From positions 4,402,001 to 4,466,000 of the forward strand of contig NC_043016.1 of assembly GCF_006345805.1 (NCBI RefSeq): a stretch of DNA of 64,000 bases, given 5' to 3'. The notes beneath the pieces are model-generated. The model had not been told where the DNA came from. It made no database searches and was given only the letters and a program-made list of their open reading frames with translations. Of this stretch, positions 13,210 through 27,710 are shown piece after piece. Numbering within the stretch: the stretch's first letter is position 1; each line of letters begins with the position of its first letter. This DNA is from Octopus sinensis. Lineage: Eukaryota. A program made the position numbers and the translations under genes.

Positions 13210-15120
13210 ACTAGATTTTCTGAGTCTACCATTGTAGAATCGATACAGTCATGACGGGTCGTTTAGATTGTTCTGAGATAGAATTCTTGTTAGGCTGGCT
13301 GACAGAGATACTTCAGGATATCCACGTCTGACACTAGTTGGCTGCATAGATCACAAATTTGAGGTTTCCACGGTCACTTTAGACAAGACTCTAGAAGTTG
13401 AACTTGTCTTACCTGATGTGAAAAGAGTATTGGGACCAGATAAGAGAGCTGGTTAAGTGGCATTGACAGGAGCAATAATCAACAACAGGTCTTGAAGAAC
13501 CCTGAAGAAGGCAATTAAATATGAGTCAATAGCATTTAGGAAAAAGCAAATGATAGAGAGAAATAGATTAGCAGGGAAGCTAATTAGTAAATTAGACAAA
13601 GCAATTACAAGTAGCAATTACAACCAACATACTAGTGGAAATAATGGCCCTTCATCATTCCTTCAATGTGATACATGATGGCTTTGTTATCAGGGCAAAG
13701 CAAGACGGAACCAAAGCTGTTTGATGGGCTCAAGTGGCAACAAACACACAATTCAGTCTACGAAAGATTACGATTGGAACATAATGAACAGTTCCAAACA
13801 TCTGAGTGCAGATTTCCAGCAGCACTTTGCTCAACTCTTGAGAGAAAATAATAGGTCATACAGAATCAGTTATGGACTTTAGTGCTTACCTTGACAGCCT
13901 GCAGAGAATCTTGGAAGAAGAGACAAGACATTGCACAAGGCCAATAACAGCAACTGAGATATGAGAAGTATTGAGTGACTGAACAGGGGACAGATCACCC
14001 GTTTTGTCTGGTTGGCTTTATGGGTTTCATGGGTTTATACTCTACAGTTGTTTGGTGACCTCTTGGCAACATATCACAAATGGGAGAATTCCTCATTCTA
14101 TGAGCTGGGGTGTGTTAATGTTGCTGAATAAAGGATGCCAATACAGAGGATTTATAGACAATTTCTGTCCCATAACTCTGCTAAATGTGGAATTTAAAAT
14201 TTGGGCCAAGACATTAGCAAAGAAGTGTTTGTCATAGATAGTTTGGTCAGAAAAGCCCAAACATGTGTGATCCACAATAGATCCATTTATGTCCACCTCC
14301 ATTTTATGTGTTACATCATACTGTGGATGGGTAACAAATCTGGTATCAGTGGGGGCTCTGATCAACGTGGATCAGTCAAAAGCCTATGATAGGGTCAACC
14401 ATCACTACTTGGGATCGGCTCTAAAAATAGTCACTTTCAGGCCCATTTTCAGTGGCTGGATCACAGTAATGCACAGTGGCACTTGCTCAGTGGTCAAAGT
14501 AAACAACCACCTCTCAGAATCATGCACTCAGTCTATCCTGGTGCTTGAGCCTTTGCTGTGGAAACTAGAACTCTTGAGGGGCATTCCTTTAGAACTGGGG
14601 TGCAGGGAATCTGTGTCAGCATATATGGATGGCATCTGTGTAATGGTGTCCGACACCATGGAAGCTCAGGTAATTGATTCCATTTTAAAAAAATACAAGG
14701 AGCAAAGGTAAGTCAGTAAACTTGTGGCTAAGCCACTGGAGAGGTGAGTTTATGCCAAAAAACAGCATAAAAGGTCGATGGACAGACACATCTTTGAAAT
14801 CGTTTGGAGTTTGGTTTGGTTCAGACCTCCAGGTCAACCAGAACTGTAATGATGTTATAAGCAGGGTGGCCAGTCTCACTCAGAAATGGACTGCGAGGAA
14901 ATTATTCCCGAAAGGTCTTACTTACTGCTTGACCATTATACATTGCCCCGGTCCACTTTTGGCTAGATTGAGGCATTTACTTTTCTACATTCTGTCGAAG
15001 GGATGCTGTTTACTGGTCAGGGTGGTCCATCTGTTGCCAGCCGCTTCTGGAAGGTTGGCTTGGCATGCTTTGGCTGCTAATGTCTATAAGCTCCTTTTCA
15101 TGAATAGAAGATGAAGATTC
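13210..15120 (+). mobile_element. Tx1/L1-group LINE ORF2 remnant
   Basis: GRIPHSMSWGVLMLLNKG...NFCPITLLNVEFKIWAKTLA; DQSKAYDRVNHHYL; YMDGICVMVSD. Multiple stops. Confidence 0.8.
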
Positions 15121-15616
15121 TTTCTGTGACCAAGCCTAAACAAATATGGAAGCTAATTAGACTGATCTGATGTGCTTCCATACATATTACTGTGGCTATG
15201 ATCCAAAGAAGGACCTGCTAGAAAAAAATGTTTGATTTGCTAGAAATAGCAACTAAATCATACAGCTAAATCAAACAGCTAAATAGCAGCTAAACAAACT
15301 AGACATTAAATGATTGATACTAAATAATTGATATTAAAGTTTTCACAAACTGTGCAAAGGAATGCATTTTTAATCTATGATAATTCCGACCAGTTATATA
15401 CAGAATCAGAACTTATTTATTTTTTAAAAGTTCGGAAAACCATTTTCGATTGATTTATCCAACTCAGCAATTTTTTGAATGTAAATGTGTCTTCCTTATA
15501 TTTTGTCCAGAAATTTGATGTCTGCACTTTTACCCTGTTACAGAAACTGACTGAAAGAGGAAATCTCAAATACTATTTTCAGACATTATTATTTCAAAGA
15601 CCAATTAGCAAAAACA

Positions 15617-15653
15617 TAATAATAATAATAATTAATAATTAATAATAATAATA

Positions 15654-15685
<32 letters not shown>

Positions 15686-15765
15686 TAATAATAATAATAA
15701 TAAATAATAATAATTAATAATAATAATAATAATAAATAATAATAATAATAATTAATAATAATAAT
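15617..15765. repeat. (AAT)n microsatellite
   Basis: Directly visible. Confidence 0.95.
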
Positions 15766-16214
15766 AGAAAGCATGAAACAATGTTAACTTTTGGCAGGTT
15801 TCCAAAAAGACATTCATTTGTCTTATGGTGATGTAAGAAGAAGAAAATGTTGTCACACCTACATTGACAGCTTGACCACAGACACTCACTTTGAATGTAT
15901 CCAGGACATCGAGGCAGTGATGTTGGGCAGAGAAGTGTGTTGGGTGCACACCGTTACTGCAGCCCAGGTTGCAAAATAAATAATGTTACTGCAGCATGGG
16001 TTAGAACCTGGGCATAAATGAAAATAAATACAATGTTATTTCATTTAGTCATGTCATGTCATATCATGTCATGTATGTGTGTGTGTGTGTATGTATGAAT
16101 GTATGTATGCATACATACATACATACATACATACTTACATACATGTATGTATGTTTGTAAGTTTGTATGTATGTATGGATGGATGGATGGATATGTGTAT
16201 GTATGTATATATGT

Positions 16215-17550
16215 AACTTAGAAATAACTTAGAAAGGTTTTGGCCAGTATTGGCCCAGGCCATGTCTAACTTTATAGCACCACCTGGCGAAGTCTTTCAA
16301 TTCAGGATTTGGGCACTGAGGCCCATTCGAGCAGAGAGTTATTGTTTGCGGAGACATATCTGGGTGTGGGTGGTTTGTCCGGTACTGTTTGAAGGAATTT
16401 GTCCAAAGACTTCTTGAATTTTGTGTGGTCAGTTTCTGTTTTGACGTGTCCTGGTGTAATGTTGAAGAGAGCGGGTCCAATTGAGGTGAAATAATTGTGC
16501 CGTATTGTCGTTATGTGATGCGATTTAGATTTTTGTTGTGGACCGATGGCACGTGGTCCAAGCCTTGGATGTATTTTGAAGGTGATGCCAACATCATTCG
16601 GACAGTGCTGATGGAATATTTTCCACATCATACAGATAATGTAGCGTTCACGGCGTCGTTGGAGTGAATACAGTTTCAGCTTCTCTAGTCTACCCCAGTA
16701 GTCAAGGTCTGACATGCCATTTATCTTTTTTGTGATTGACCTTTGGGAGCTTCAATTCTCATAATATTTTGTTTTGTGTAGGGAGACCACAGTGGACAGC
16801 AGTATTCAAGGTGGGGTCGGGCAAAAGTGGAGAAGAGAAGGATAATAGTGTGGGAATCTCTCGACTGGAAGGTTCTGAGAATCCAGGAACACATTCTGCG
16901 GGCCATGTCAACTTTGCTGCTTATATGTGTAGCCCAGCTTATGTTGTTGTCCACTGTTACTCCCAAGTCTCTGATGTTGTTGGACGCCATGAGAATTTCT
17001 CCAGAAGGAAGGGAGTATGGGAGTTTCAGAGCGTCCTCCCTTCTAAAGTGGATCAGTTTGAATTTGTCTTTGTTTAGCAACATGTTATTCTTTTCAGCCC
17101 ATTGGACAACAGCCAGTAGGTCTGACTGAAGGTTTATTCAGTCATCCACGCCATTGATGACCTTCTGGAGCTTGGAATCATCAGCGAAGGTTCTGATGTT
17201 ACTGTGTTTGATGGTGTCAGTAATATCATTTATGTAGATGATGAAGAGAAGTGGGCCCAACACAGTGCCTTGTGGGACACCACTGCTAACTTTGGCTGGT
17301 AGGATTTGACTCATTTGACTACAACATGTTGAGTTCTGTTAGACAGGAAGCACTTGATCCACTGCAGCAGCTTTCCAGTGACACCAATATTGGACAGCTT
17401 TTTCAAAAGGATCTTATGATCAACCCTGTCAAAGGCCTTGCTGAAATCAAGGTAGATGACATCAGTGTTGGAACCCTATCCCAAGGCTCTCAAAATGTCA
17501 TCAAAATGATGCAGTAGCTGCATCAGGCAATCTCTTCCATTACGGAATCC
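16215..17550 (-). mobile_element. CR1-group (CR1/L2/Crack-like) LINE 3' portion
   Basis: SGVPQGTVLGPLLFIIYINDI...FADDSK; RDLGVTVD...ARPHLEYCCPLWSPY; RLEKLKLYSLQRRRER; FKKSLDKFL. Confidence 0.9.
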
Positions 17551-17957
17551 ATGTATGTATGTATGTATGGATGTATGGATGGATGGATGGATGGATGTGT
17601 GTGTGTTTCTATGTATATATGGATGGATGGATGTAAGTATGTATGTATGTGTGTGTGTATGTATGCATGTATGTATGTATGTATGTATACATGTATGTAT
17701 GTATGTATGTCTGTATGTATGTATGTATATATGTGTGTGTGTGTATGTTTGTATGTGTGTGTGTGTATGTATGTATGTGTGTGTATGCATGTATGTATGT
17801 GTGTGTGTATGTATGTATGTATGCATGTATGTATGTATGCATGTATGTATGTATGTATGTATGTATTTGTGTGTTATGTATGTATATTATATATATATAT
17901 ATGTATATATATGTATGTATGTATTTATATATGTATGTTTGTATATATGTATGTATG

Positions 17958-17992
<35 letters not shown>

Positions 17993-18480
17993 GTATATAT
18001 ATGTATGTATGTATTTATATATGTATGTATATGTATGTATATGTGTATGTATGTATATATGTATATATATATGTGTGTATATATATATATGTATGTTTGT
18101 ATATGTATATATGGCGGTGCCCCAGCATGGCCACAGCTCAAGAGCTGAAACTGGAAAACATAAAATATCTATGTATGTATATATATATGTATGTATATAT
18201 ATCTATGTATGTATATATAAATATATGTATGTATATATATATGTATATATGTTTATATATATATAAGTATATATATGTATATATATATATATATATGTAT
18301 ATATATGTAGTATTATATATATATGTGCATATATATATATATATATGTATATATGTATATATATATATGTATATATTTATATATATATGTATATATGTAT
18401 ATATATATGTATATATTTATGTATATATGTATATATATATATATATGTATATATATATGTATGTGTATATATATATATGT
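17551..18480. repeat. (TATG)n/(TA)n microsatellite with an embedded SINE-B tail at about 18113-18160
   Basis: Directly visible. GGCGGTGCCCCAGCATGGCCACAGCTC..GAGCTGAAAC matches the tail at 37259-37300. Confidence 0.9.
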
Positions 18481-18998
18481 AACCAAGTACAACCTGTTGC
18501 ATGGTCCGGTCGTCGGCGACTAAACCGGCAACCCAACCAAGCTTGCTTGGTGAGGAGGGTGTTTATTGGACACCCTGCGGGATGAAAAACAAAACCCGTC
18601 AAAGGGCGGAGAAACTCTTGAGTGTCAACGGCCATCCAATAAATGTCTTAAGGCTGTATCATGCGCTGGGACATAGAAATAATCGGACTGAATACCCGAT
18701 CACGCGGTTAAACCATTGGGAGTGAAGGACTCCCAGCCTTTGTTAGGGCATCCTTCTAGGAGAAGGTAACTCAGGTAACTGGGATAATTCTGACATAAAA
18801 CCTGCGGCTCAGTGGTTACCCATGATGTTGACTTGTTCTTCTTTTCGGATTATGGCTGATGTTGCTTAGTGAGTGGGATTGACTCAGTGCATGCCTTTCC
18901 TCACTTAAAAAATATCTTCTTGCACAGGCATTGCACGATAACAACATTGATTAAACTTCGTGCAATGGCAATACTCGACAACGAGGGGGCAGCCACCA
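18481..18998 (+). mobile_element. GC-rich structured repeat, probably derived from an RTE 5' UTR
   Basis: GGGCATCCTTCTAGGAGAAGGTAACTC...AAACCTGCGG resembles, from memory, RTE 5'-UTR motifs. Several short hairpins; no ORF; lies inside a microsatellite. Confidence 0.5.
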
Positions 18999-19847
18999 TG
19001 TATGTGTGTGTGTATGTATGTATGTATGTATGTATGTATGTATGTATGTATGTATGTATGGATGTATGTATGTATGTATGTATGTATGTATGTATGCAAG
19101 TATGTATGTATGTGTGTATGTATGTATGTGTGCGTGTATGTATGTCTGTGTGTATATGTATGTATGTATGCATGTATGTATGTCTGTATGTATGTATGAG
19201 TGTATGTATGAATATATGTATGTATGTATATATATATGTATGTATGTATGTGTGTTTATGTATGTATATATGCATGTGTATGTGTGCGTGTATGTATGTA
19301 TGTATGTATGCATCTATGTATGTGTGTATGTATGCATGTATATATGGATGTATGTATGTATGTATGTATGCATATATGAATATATGTATGAATGTCTGTA
19401 TGCATGTGTGTATGTATGTATGTATATATGTATGTATGTTTGTATGAATGTATGCATGTCTGTGTGTATGTATTTATGTGTGTATATGTATGTATGTATG
19501 AATGTATGTCTGTGTATCTATGAATGTATATAAGTATGTATGTATGTCTGCGTATGTATGCATGTATGTGTGTTTATATGTGTGTGCGTGTATGTATGTA
19601 TGTATGAATGTATGTATGTATGTATGTATGTATGTATGTATGTATGTATGTATGTATGTATGTATGCATCTATGTATGTGTGTATGTATGCATGTATGTA
19701 AGTATGTATGCATGTATGAATATATGTATGTATGTCTGTATGTATGTGTGTATGTATGTATGTGTGTGTGTGTATGCATGCATGTATGTCTGTCTGTATG
19801 TATGTATGTATGTATGCATGTTTGTATAAATGTATGTATGTGTGTGC

Positions 19848-19878
<31 letters not shown>

Positions 19879-20105
19879 TGTATTTGTGTATGTATGTATG
19901 TATGCATATATGTTTGTATGTATGTATGTATGTATGCATGTATGTATGTGTGTGTGTGTATGTATGTATGTATGTATGTATGTATGTATGTATGTATGTA
20001 TGTATGTCTGCATACAAGCACGCATGCATGCATGTATGTATGTATATGTATATATGTATGTGTATGTATGTGTGTATGAATGTGTGTATGTATGTATATA
20101 TGTTT
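18999..20105. repeat. (TATG)n microsatellite, about 1.1 kb
   Basis: Directly visible. Confidence 0.95.
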
Positions 20106-20769
20106 GTATGCCTGATGTACTTTTATACATATGTATCCCACAATGCCTTTGCAATGCCTGAGCTAGTGACCAATACTTGGGATATTGAACTGGACACTTG
20201 AAAAAAATCAGCAACTTTGACATGGGCAGTAGAAATATGCTAACATCCTCTTATACATCAACAGTGACGCTGACAGGATCCTCATTAAGTAGAGAGATGA
20301 AAGCAGAATGGGGTGAAATCAGTTCAGACAGCCTCTGAGCACCACTTTGTTGTATCACTTAGATGATACGTACTGAAAAGTAAGTGAATAAATGAATGTT
20401 TCATGTGTGCGCATAACAGTAAAAATAATAACATTGTGGGATTTGGTGAAGAACCAAATAAATACTCTGAGTGTACATCTGTTCCTTGTGAAATAAGGGT
20501 GGCTGGACTGAAGAACATGCATATACATACTCATATTAGTAGAAAGTTATGCCTGGGTGCATAACCAGTGAGCTGGAAAATATCAACAGCATTGCCAGAA
20601 ACAGCTGTCTCTTCTTGGCTTGTGATGGTTATAGAACATCTCACCTAGAAGTCTACATCTTTGCTAGAGATAGCAACTAAATATCTGATCAACAAGAGAG
20701 AAAAAGATGTCTTTAAACCTCTATGTTGGGTTCGAGAATATGACGAATGTGGTATACTTGTGTTGAAGA

Positions 20770-21005
20770 GTATAAGGCGGTGATATGGCAGAAACATTAG
20801 CATGGCAGGCGAAATGCTTAGCGGTATTTCGTCTGTGTTACGTTGTGAGTTCAAATTCTGCCGAGGTCGACTTTGCCTTTCATCCTTTCAGGGACAATAA
20901 AATAAGTAGCAGTTACGCACTGGGGTCGATGTAATCGACTTAATACCTATGTCTGTCCTTGTTTGTCCCCTCTGTGTTTAGCCCCTTGTGGGTAATAAAG
21001 GAATA
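20770..21005 (+). mobile_element. tRNA-derived SINE family A, full length, with 19-bp TSD
   Basis: A-box-like TGGCAGAAACATTAG, B box GAGTTCAAATTC, A-rich tail. TSD GGTATACTTGTGTTGAAGA at 20751-20769 and 21006-21024. Confidence 0.92.
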
Positions 21006-21257
21006 GGTATACTTGTGTTGAAGACATCACCAGTATCATCATAAATGTCCGCAACATACTATTAGTGCATGAGCAACAACACTGCATTGAAAACCGTCTG
21101 AATGCCGTGTGCAGGAAAGATTGTTCTGATGACCATTTTTAATTGCACATCTGAACCAGAATGTATCTTCACCTTTAAGAATAAAAAATATTGGTGGAAC
21201 ATTCCATTAAAAACACAAATATAATCCCTGTGTCAATGCTGCAGACCAGATTTGGTT

Positions 21258-23453
21258 TGTGAAAAGAGAACCAAATTAATCCCCTGAAAGAGAGATCAGT
21301 AGCCCAGCAGATGTGATTATTGTCTTGTCAATAACTGAGGAAAAGTGAATGTTTACAGGGAACTGAAAAACCTACAGTTTTAATATCCAGGATTTAGCAT
21401 TTTGCCTTACTTATTATCATGTGTGTGTAGCAAGAGTTCTGCACAAAAACCTAGAAATTCCAAAGCTCTCCAAGAACAAAGTAAACCGATTTGCTTTCTT
21501 CAATTACAATCAATTACAAGGAAAATTCCTAAAACATTCTAGGGATTCTCCATTTGAGAATTCTGGGCTGAAAACATGCAGAAAATCACAAGTATGTATG
21601 GAACACACACACACACACACACTTTCCTGTTATTGGTTGCATTGTTATTTACTATGGCCATGTTGGAGCACCACCATCTGAGGCTTGTCTTTTGTTGATC
21701 ACTTCTAGTACCTAGCTCTTGACCATTTTGAAGAGTCAAGTTATCTTTTGAATGTGAAAGTATCAACTTAATACTTTGTATAACACCAGAACACCAGCAT
21801 ACATGAACACGCATACACACACTCACACGTACACATAAGTGTGTGTGTATGTGTGTTCATGTTCATTAAAAACCGAATTTACTTTTTATATAAATATTGA
21901 AATCACGATTGTGTTCTGGTTTCATTATTATTATAATTATTATTTGGTATGATTTTTTTTTTCATTTTACTATTGAATCAATTATTTGAACTTCATATGG
22001 AGTGTCATTACCTCAGTTTAACGTGGTGTGTGTGTGTGTGTGTGTGTGTGTGTGGTATGTGTGTGTGTGTGTGTGGTATGTGTGTGTGTGGTGTGTGTGT
22101 GTGTGTGCGCGCATGTGAGTTTGTGTGTGTGTGTGTGCATGTGAGTTTGTGTGTGCATGTGAGTTTGTGTGTGTATGTGTGTGTGTGCGTGTGCGTTCTT
22201 TTATTCTTTTATCCATCAACAAGCTTCAGTCATAGGACAGTGGTCAGGCTGGAGCACATCACTGATGCATTTATGAAGGGCAGAAACATCAGAAAAGAAA
22301 TCCTTTCCCACTTTCCAAGTCACTAGGAATACTCTATTAATCTTCTGAAACAACATATTTTGCTTTTCTGAGAATTAACAAAAAAATGATTAAAAAAGAA
22401 ACGTATTTAATAATTAAAAACATTAGTTCCTAATAAAAGTACAAATCTTAGTAAATTTGCAATATCTTTTTAAGTTAAATAAATATATAGAGAATTAGAG
22501 AGATAAATAAAATGAGAAACTTTAAATCTAGATAAAGCTAAAAAGTAATTAATTGCATGAAAAAATTCAACATGAAAAAAAAAATCCGAATGTAAGGGAG
22601 ACAAATACATAAAAAGTTACTTCCCTTGATAACATTTTTTTCATGTATTCGTTTGATTATGTTTTTTTAATGAACGACAAAGAATATTTAAGGCAATTAT
22701 TTCTCATTCAATATTTGACAGAACATTAAGGAAATTACGGGAGATATACAATTCGTTAAATTTATTATATAAAACGCGATAAAGAACCAGTGGAAATATA
22801 AAAGAAGCGTCTCAAATGAAGAATAAACAGAAAAAGGAGATGAAAAAAGTAATAACACAAAAAGGGGGAAAAGAACTTAAAACTGGATAAAAAACGAAAA
22901 GGGTCCACATAAAGAGATAATTAATCTTAAAAAATTAACGATGGAGAAATATGTAAGAAAACAGCGAATCACGAAATTAATGGGAAAACTGAAAAATGAA
23001 GATTAAAAAATTAATTGACCTCTAAATCTAAACGGTTTAATTGACACTTTGTTTTATTGATTCCAGATGGATGAAAGGTAAAGTTGATCCTGTTTGGATT
23101 TGAATTCTGAAAGAATAATTGCATACTTTATTTAATACAAGTGATACCTCATATTAATATTTTCTGACATGTAGAATCGTTAGCACAGCAGACGAAATGC
23201 TTAGCAGCATTTCATCCGTCCCCATGTTCTGAGTTCAAATTCTGCCAAGGTCGACTTTGCCTTTCATTTTCCGGGGTCAATAAAATAAATATCAGTTGAG
23301 CAGTGTGGTCAATATAATTAAATTAACCTGAAATTCCAGGTTTTTCACTTCCCTGTAAACATTCACTTTTCCTCAGTTATTGACAAGACAATAATCACAT
23401 CTGCTGGGATACTGATCTCTCTTTTGGGGCATTAATTTGGTTCACTTTTCCAC
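21258..23453. repeat. Pair of ~116-bp inverted repeats (21258-21373 and 23338-23453)
   Basis: CAGCAGATGTGATTATTGTCTTGTCAATAACTGAGGAAAAGTGAATGTTTACAGGGAA occurs exactly reverse-complemented; the whole arms differ at a few positions. Confidence 0.9.
23165..23325 (+). mobile_element. tRNA-derived SINE family A, partial
   Basis: GACGAAATGCTTAGCAGCATTTC...GAGTTCAAATTCTGCCAAGGTCGACTTTGCC. Confidence 0.85.
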
Positions 23454-25859
23454 AATATTTTCTGACATGATGCCTACTGATTCTGCTAATATGCCAGACT
23501 TTAAAATCTGTGAGTTGCATTTTGGCAATTAATTTAACTCTTACTATATTTTATCTGCTGAAGACAGGTGTTTAATAAAGTTGACATGAGTATGATTTAA
23601 ACTTGGAGCATAACTAAATATTGTATTGTTCTGTACCAATTCTGCTAATCTGCCTATGATATTAATAACCGATTAAATCAACATTGTTATTCTCCAACAG
23701 CAATCAAGTGGTCACTATATCTGTGAGAGACAGCTATCAGTTCTTTCTTCATATCATACACCTCACTCATCCAACCATTTATAAAAAAAAGGAAAAAAAG
23801 GGAGAAGGGGACATGAGTTTCGATAAAAACTGACAGAAAAATTTAAAACAAAAGATAGAATGATCAGAACTGGAAGGATATGAACTTAAGCCCCTTCAGT
23901 CATAGCTAACCTCAAGTATACAACAGCAAAAATTCAAAAGTCAACGAGGTGGCCTTTATGTTGCTATGACAAAATATGCCTGACAAAACAGCTAAGTATT
24001 CCTCAAATCATACCTTGGTGATTTCAAATAAATAAAGCATAAAGAAAAAGAAGGAAAAACAGCTGAGTGATAAATTGATGCAGGACAGTCATAAGTGGAA
24101 GGTGCTGGATCAATGTTGACCTGTTCGATTATTTGATCATTGTTGTTCTGGGAAAAATAATTAGCCAAGATAGGAGAGCAAAATTAAATTAGACAAAGCC
24201 TGTAGTTTATACTAAGCAAAAACTATCTTATTGTATGCACGCTTGTGTGTGTGAATACTACACACATACATATGCACACATGAATACATATATAGGAGTA
24301 GAGAAGAAATGGTTCAACTTAAATTACGTGGTTTTTACAAATGTTTTACTAGTGAGTACTACTAGTATGTTGTGCTGTAATTATTACGTGCTCAATTGCA
24401 GAAATCACATTGAAACAGCAAATCTTCAGAAGAAAACATCAATTTAATCTGTTAGTTTTTACCAACATCAGCAGGTTGACAGTATTGAGAAGAGCTTTCT
24501 TTTTTCTTTAGGTTATTAAGAAAAAGAAGGCTACTGCATTTTATTAGTGAAATAAGGGTAGGGAGAAATACGGAAGAGGAATAACTGTAGTCTGGCTGTC
24601 TCAAGAAAAAGAGAAAGTAAATTATCTCAGCTGCAAAAGATAAAAAAAAATAATTTAATAATGGTAAATGGCTTAAAAGACAGCAGAGGTGGCAGTGGAC
24701 TGGAATTTGATTTGCAAAAATGGTCATATGTACTGACTCACTCATTAACTTTTGTCTTTAGAATTGGTGTTTATTCTTGATCATGTTCTGGTTATTAGGA
24801 TAAGTATTTATATTCATCATGTAACGAAGTGCTAGAATTGATTTTGCTTCATAAGTATGGTAAGTACCTTGCATACTTTAGAAACTTGTTGTCTACAAGA
24901 ATTTGATGTGATAGTGCACTGTATTGGGGCTTATGTAGTGTTATGCCTCTTCTTTGGATAGGCATTGGTTTTGGTGGTTATTAGCTGCCAAGGCCACATC
25001 ATCTACAAGCAAGAAGTCTTAAAACAATTCCATTCTTCTAAAGGTCTTTGCCTAAAATTTTTGGTGATTGAAGAGCCTGTAGCAAGTGAGGGAAACCTAG
25101 TTTGTTGTTGTGTATTAGCACGGTTGTGCTATGGCAACTTCAGCTAACCAGAGCTTGCCTTGTATTAATACAAACTGCAGGCACCCATCTGGCACTAATT
25201 GCATCTTTGGTTAGTCATAGGAAGGACACAGGATGATTAACATCATTTCTTCATTATGAACAGATCCTCATTTCTTGTACCAACTTAGTGCTGCTGCAAG
25301 CACCTTTACCTTCTGTCCATTTCAACATAAAGCTATCTATATCGTGGGGAGTTCATTCTCATCCCAACTTGCTCATACCAACTTCCCACTGCTAGCTTAT
25401 CACAGCCATTTATTGAAAAGCAAGTTTATTTGGCTTCCCTGACTTACACACACCATACACCTACAGGTCTCATATCTTGCTACTTCTCAGCTCTCATTCT
25501 ACTACTAAATAAATTACAATTTTCTTCTGAATTTATTTCTCCTGCTTCACAAGAGCACATGTGTTGGACCATCTACATCGACCACCCACATTGCTTTAGT
25601 AACATGCTAAAAGCCCATTTGGCGTTCTAAATTCAAACAAAACACCATTATTACAGTCTTTATTACATCAGTGAAAAGTAAATAGAAATCACAAAACAAA
25701 TATAAAACAAAAAAACACAGGGGCAGCAGTTATGCATCTCTGCAAAGTCCCATCTTTTTTTTTTTTTTTTTACATGAAAAGGATCTGATGAAATGCCATC
25801 AGATTTAACAGAAGGTGGTATGTTTTCGTTTGCTTGGGCATCTTATTTGAAATCTCTGT

Positions 25860-25960
25860 CTTCTTCAACACTGAACATATCATGATCAACAGAATCAAAA
25901 GCCTTTATCAAGTCAACAACGACAGCACAATTTCTTTCTCACATCATAATATATTGTAGA
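25860..25960 (-). mobile_element. Small LINE RT fragment
   Basis: Minus strand reads AVVVDLIKAFDSVDHDM (RT motif A). Confidence 0.55.
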
Positions 25961-26639
25961 GAAATGGTGCTACACTAACACTCAATGCTCTTCCAAAGAA
26001 AGACACATTCCACTTTTTCTTGCTCTCCTCTCAACTGGGTTTTCTGTTTATAAATTTATTTTCCTATCATTATTGAAGTTGTTACTATTGTTGTTGGTGT
26101 TGATGAAAATAATTTTATAGTGTTATTGATGTTGCTTTTCACGTTGATGTTGCTGTTGTTCTCATTGCTGTTTCTTATGATGCTGATGTAGGTTCCTGGA
26201 TTGTTATCCATGTTGTCAATAATTCCATGTACATTTTTGCCGTTGTTGATGGTCTTGTTTTGCCCCAGATAAATACTGATAGAACACACTTATGATCTAT
26301 GTTATTCCAACCTCTTGTTATTCCAGTCTTGTAGGGTTGCCAGGTCTTTATTTAATGCCTTTCTTACCAAATTCCTGTTAAAATATACTGCCTTTGTTTT
26401 AATTAATTTTGGTAATAATGAAGAATGATTATTAAACTGGAGTTTGGAACATAAATTTTTATGCAAGTTTTTGATTTAGTTCACTTTATAATAGGAAATT
26501 TGTGTGAAAGATCCATGGGTGGTCTTGGACAGTTTGGTATCAAAAGATGCTACTTACATGTAATTTTGCTGCAATTTCTGTCAGGGCCAGCGACCACATA
26601 AAGGCTGATATTGTTGTTATTAATGGTTCTGATGCGGAA

Positions 26640-26709
26640 GTGGTGATTATCGCCATCATTGTCATCATCGTTATTGCAGTAGTAGTAGTAGTAGTAGTAG
26701 TAGTGGTTA

Positions 26710-26749
<40 letters not shown>

Positions 26750-26900
26750 TATAGTAGTAGTAGTAGTAGTTATAGTAGTAGTAGTGGTCGTAGTAGTAGT
26801 AGTTATAGTAGTAGTAGTGGTTATAGTAGTAGTAGTAGTGGTTGTAGTAGTAGTAGTCGTAGTTGTTGTTGTCATGGTTGTGGCCGTCGCACTTGTCACT
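26640..26900. repeat. (GTA/GTT)n trinucleotide array
   Basis: Directly visible. Confidence 0.95.
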
Positions 26901-27199
26901 ATTGTAGCAGTTTTTTTTGTTGTTGTTTTTGTTTTCTAAGTATTTTCTTTCAGTTGGACAGCTTTCTCGTACAGCCGTAGAAACCGTCTGTTTATGATAT
27001 AGACGTAAGCTTGATGTGAAAATATTAAAGGGCATAAAATTCTGGAAGCAACATAAAATGAAATAAATCTAAAAGCAGGAAATATATATTAATAAAATAA
27101 TTGTAAAGTGCCATACAAAATACATTAAAATACAACAAACATGACAGCTGTACAAGTATGCATCCAGTGAACCAATATTTGTATATGTTTATGCTGACA

Positions 27200-27710
27200 C
27201 ACATATGCACGTATGCACACACATGCTGAATATACTTTTGCACGTGCACACATGTATGCATGTATGTAAATATATGTTTGTATATATGTATGTGTGTGTG
27301 TGTGTATGTATGTATGTATATGTTTGTATATATGTATCTGTGTGTGTGTGTTTGTATGTATGTATATATTTTTATGTATGAATGCATATTTTTGTATATA
27401 TGTATCTGTGCGTATGCAAGTGTATGTATGTATGCATGTATGTGTTTGTATGTATGTATGTATGTGTATGTTTGTACATATGTATGTATGTGTTTGTATA
27501 TATGTATGTGTGTATTCATGTATGTGTGTATATGTATTTTATGTGTGTATGATTGTATATATATATATATGTATATATGCATGCATGTGTATGTATGCAT
27601 GTACATACGTTTGTACATATATATGATTGTGCATGTATATGTATGTATGTATGTATTTATGTATGTGCATATGTATATATGCATACACACACACACACAC
27701 ATTTATATTA
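27200..27710. repeat. (TATG)n/(TG)n microsatellite
   Basis: Directly visible. Confidence 0.95.

Noticed and set aside
15791-15979. Possible piggyBac-like Cys-rich C terminus
   Set aside because: Cys spacing does not fit and no other transposase sequence is nearby.
24760-24860. Plus-strand exon with strong splice signals
   Set aside because: Stops in all three frames and no partner exons identified.
25784-25805. Perfect 8-bp hairpin ATCTGATG/CATCAGAT
   Set aside because: Short enough to arise by chance; no ribozyme or other context.
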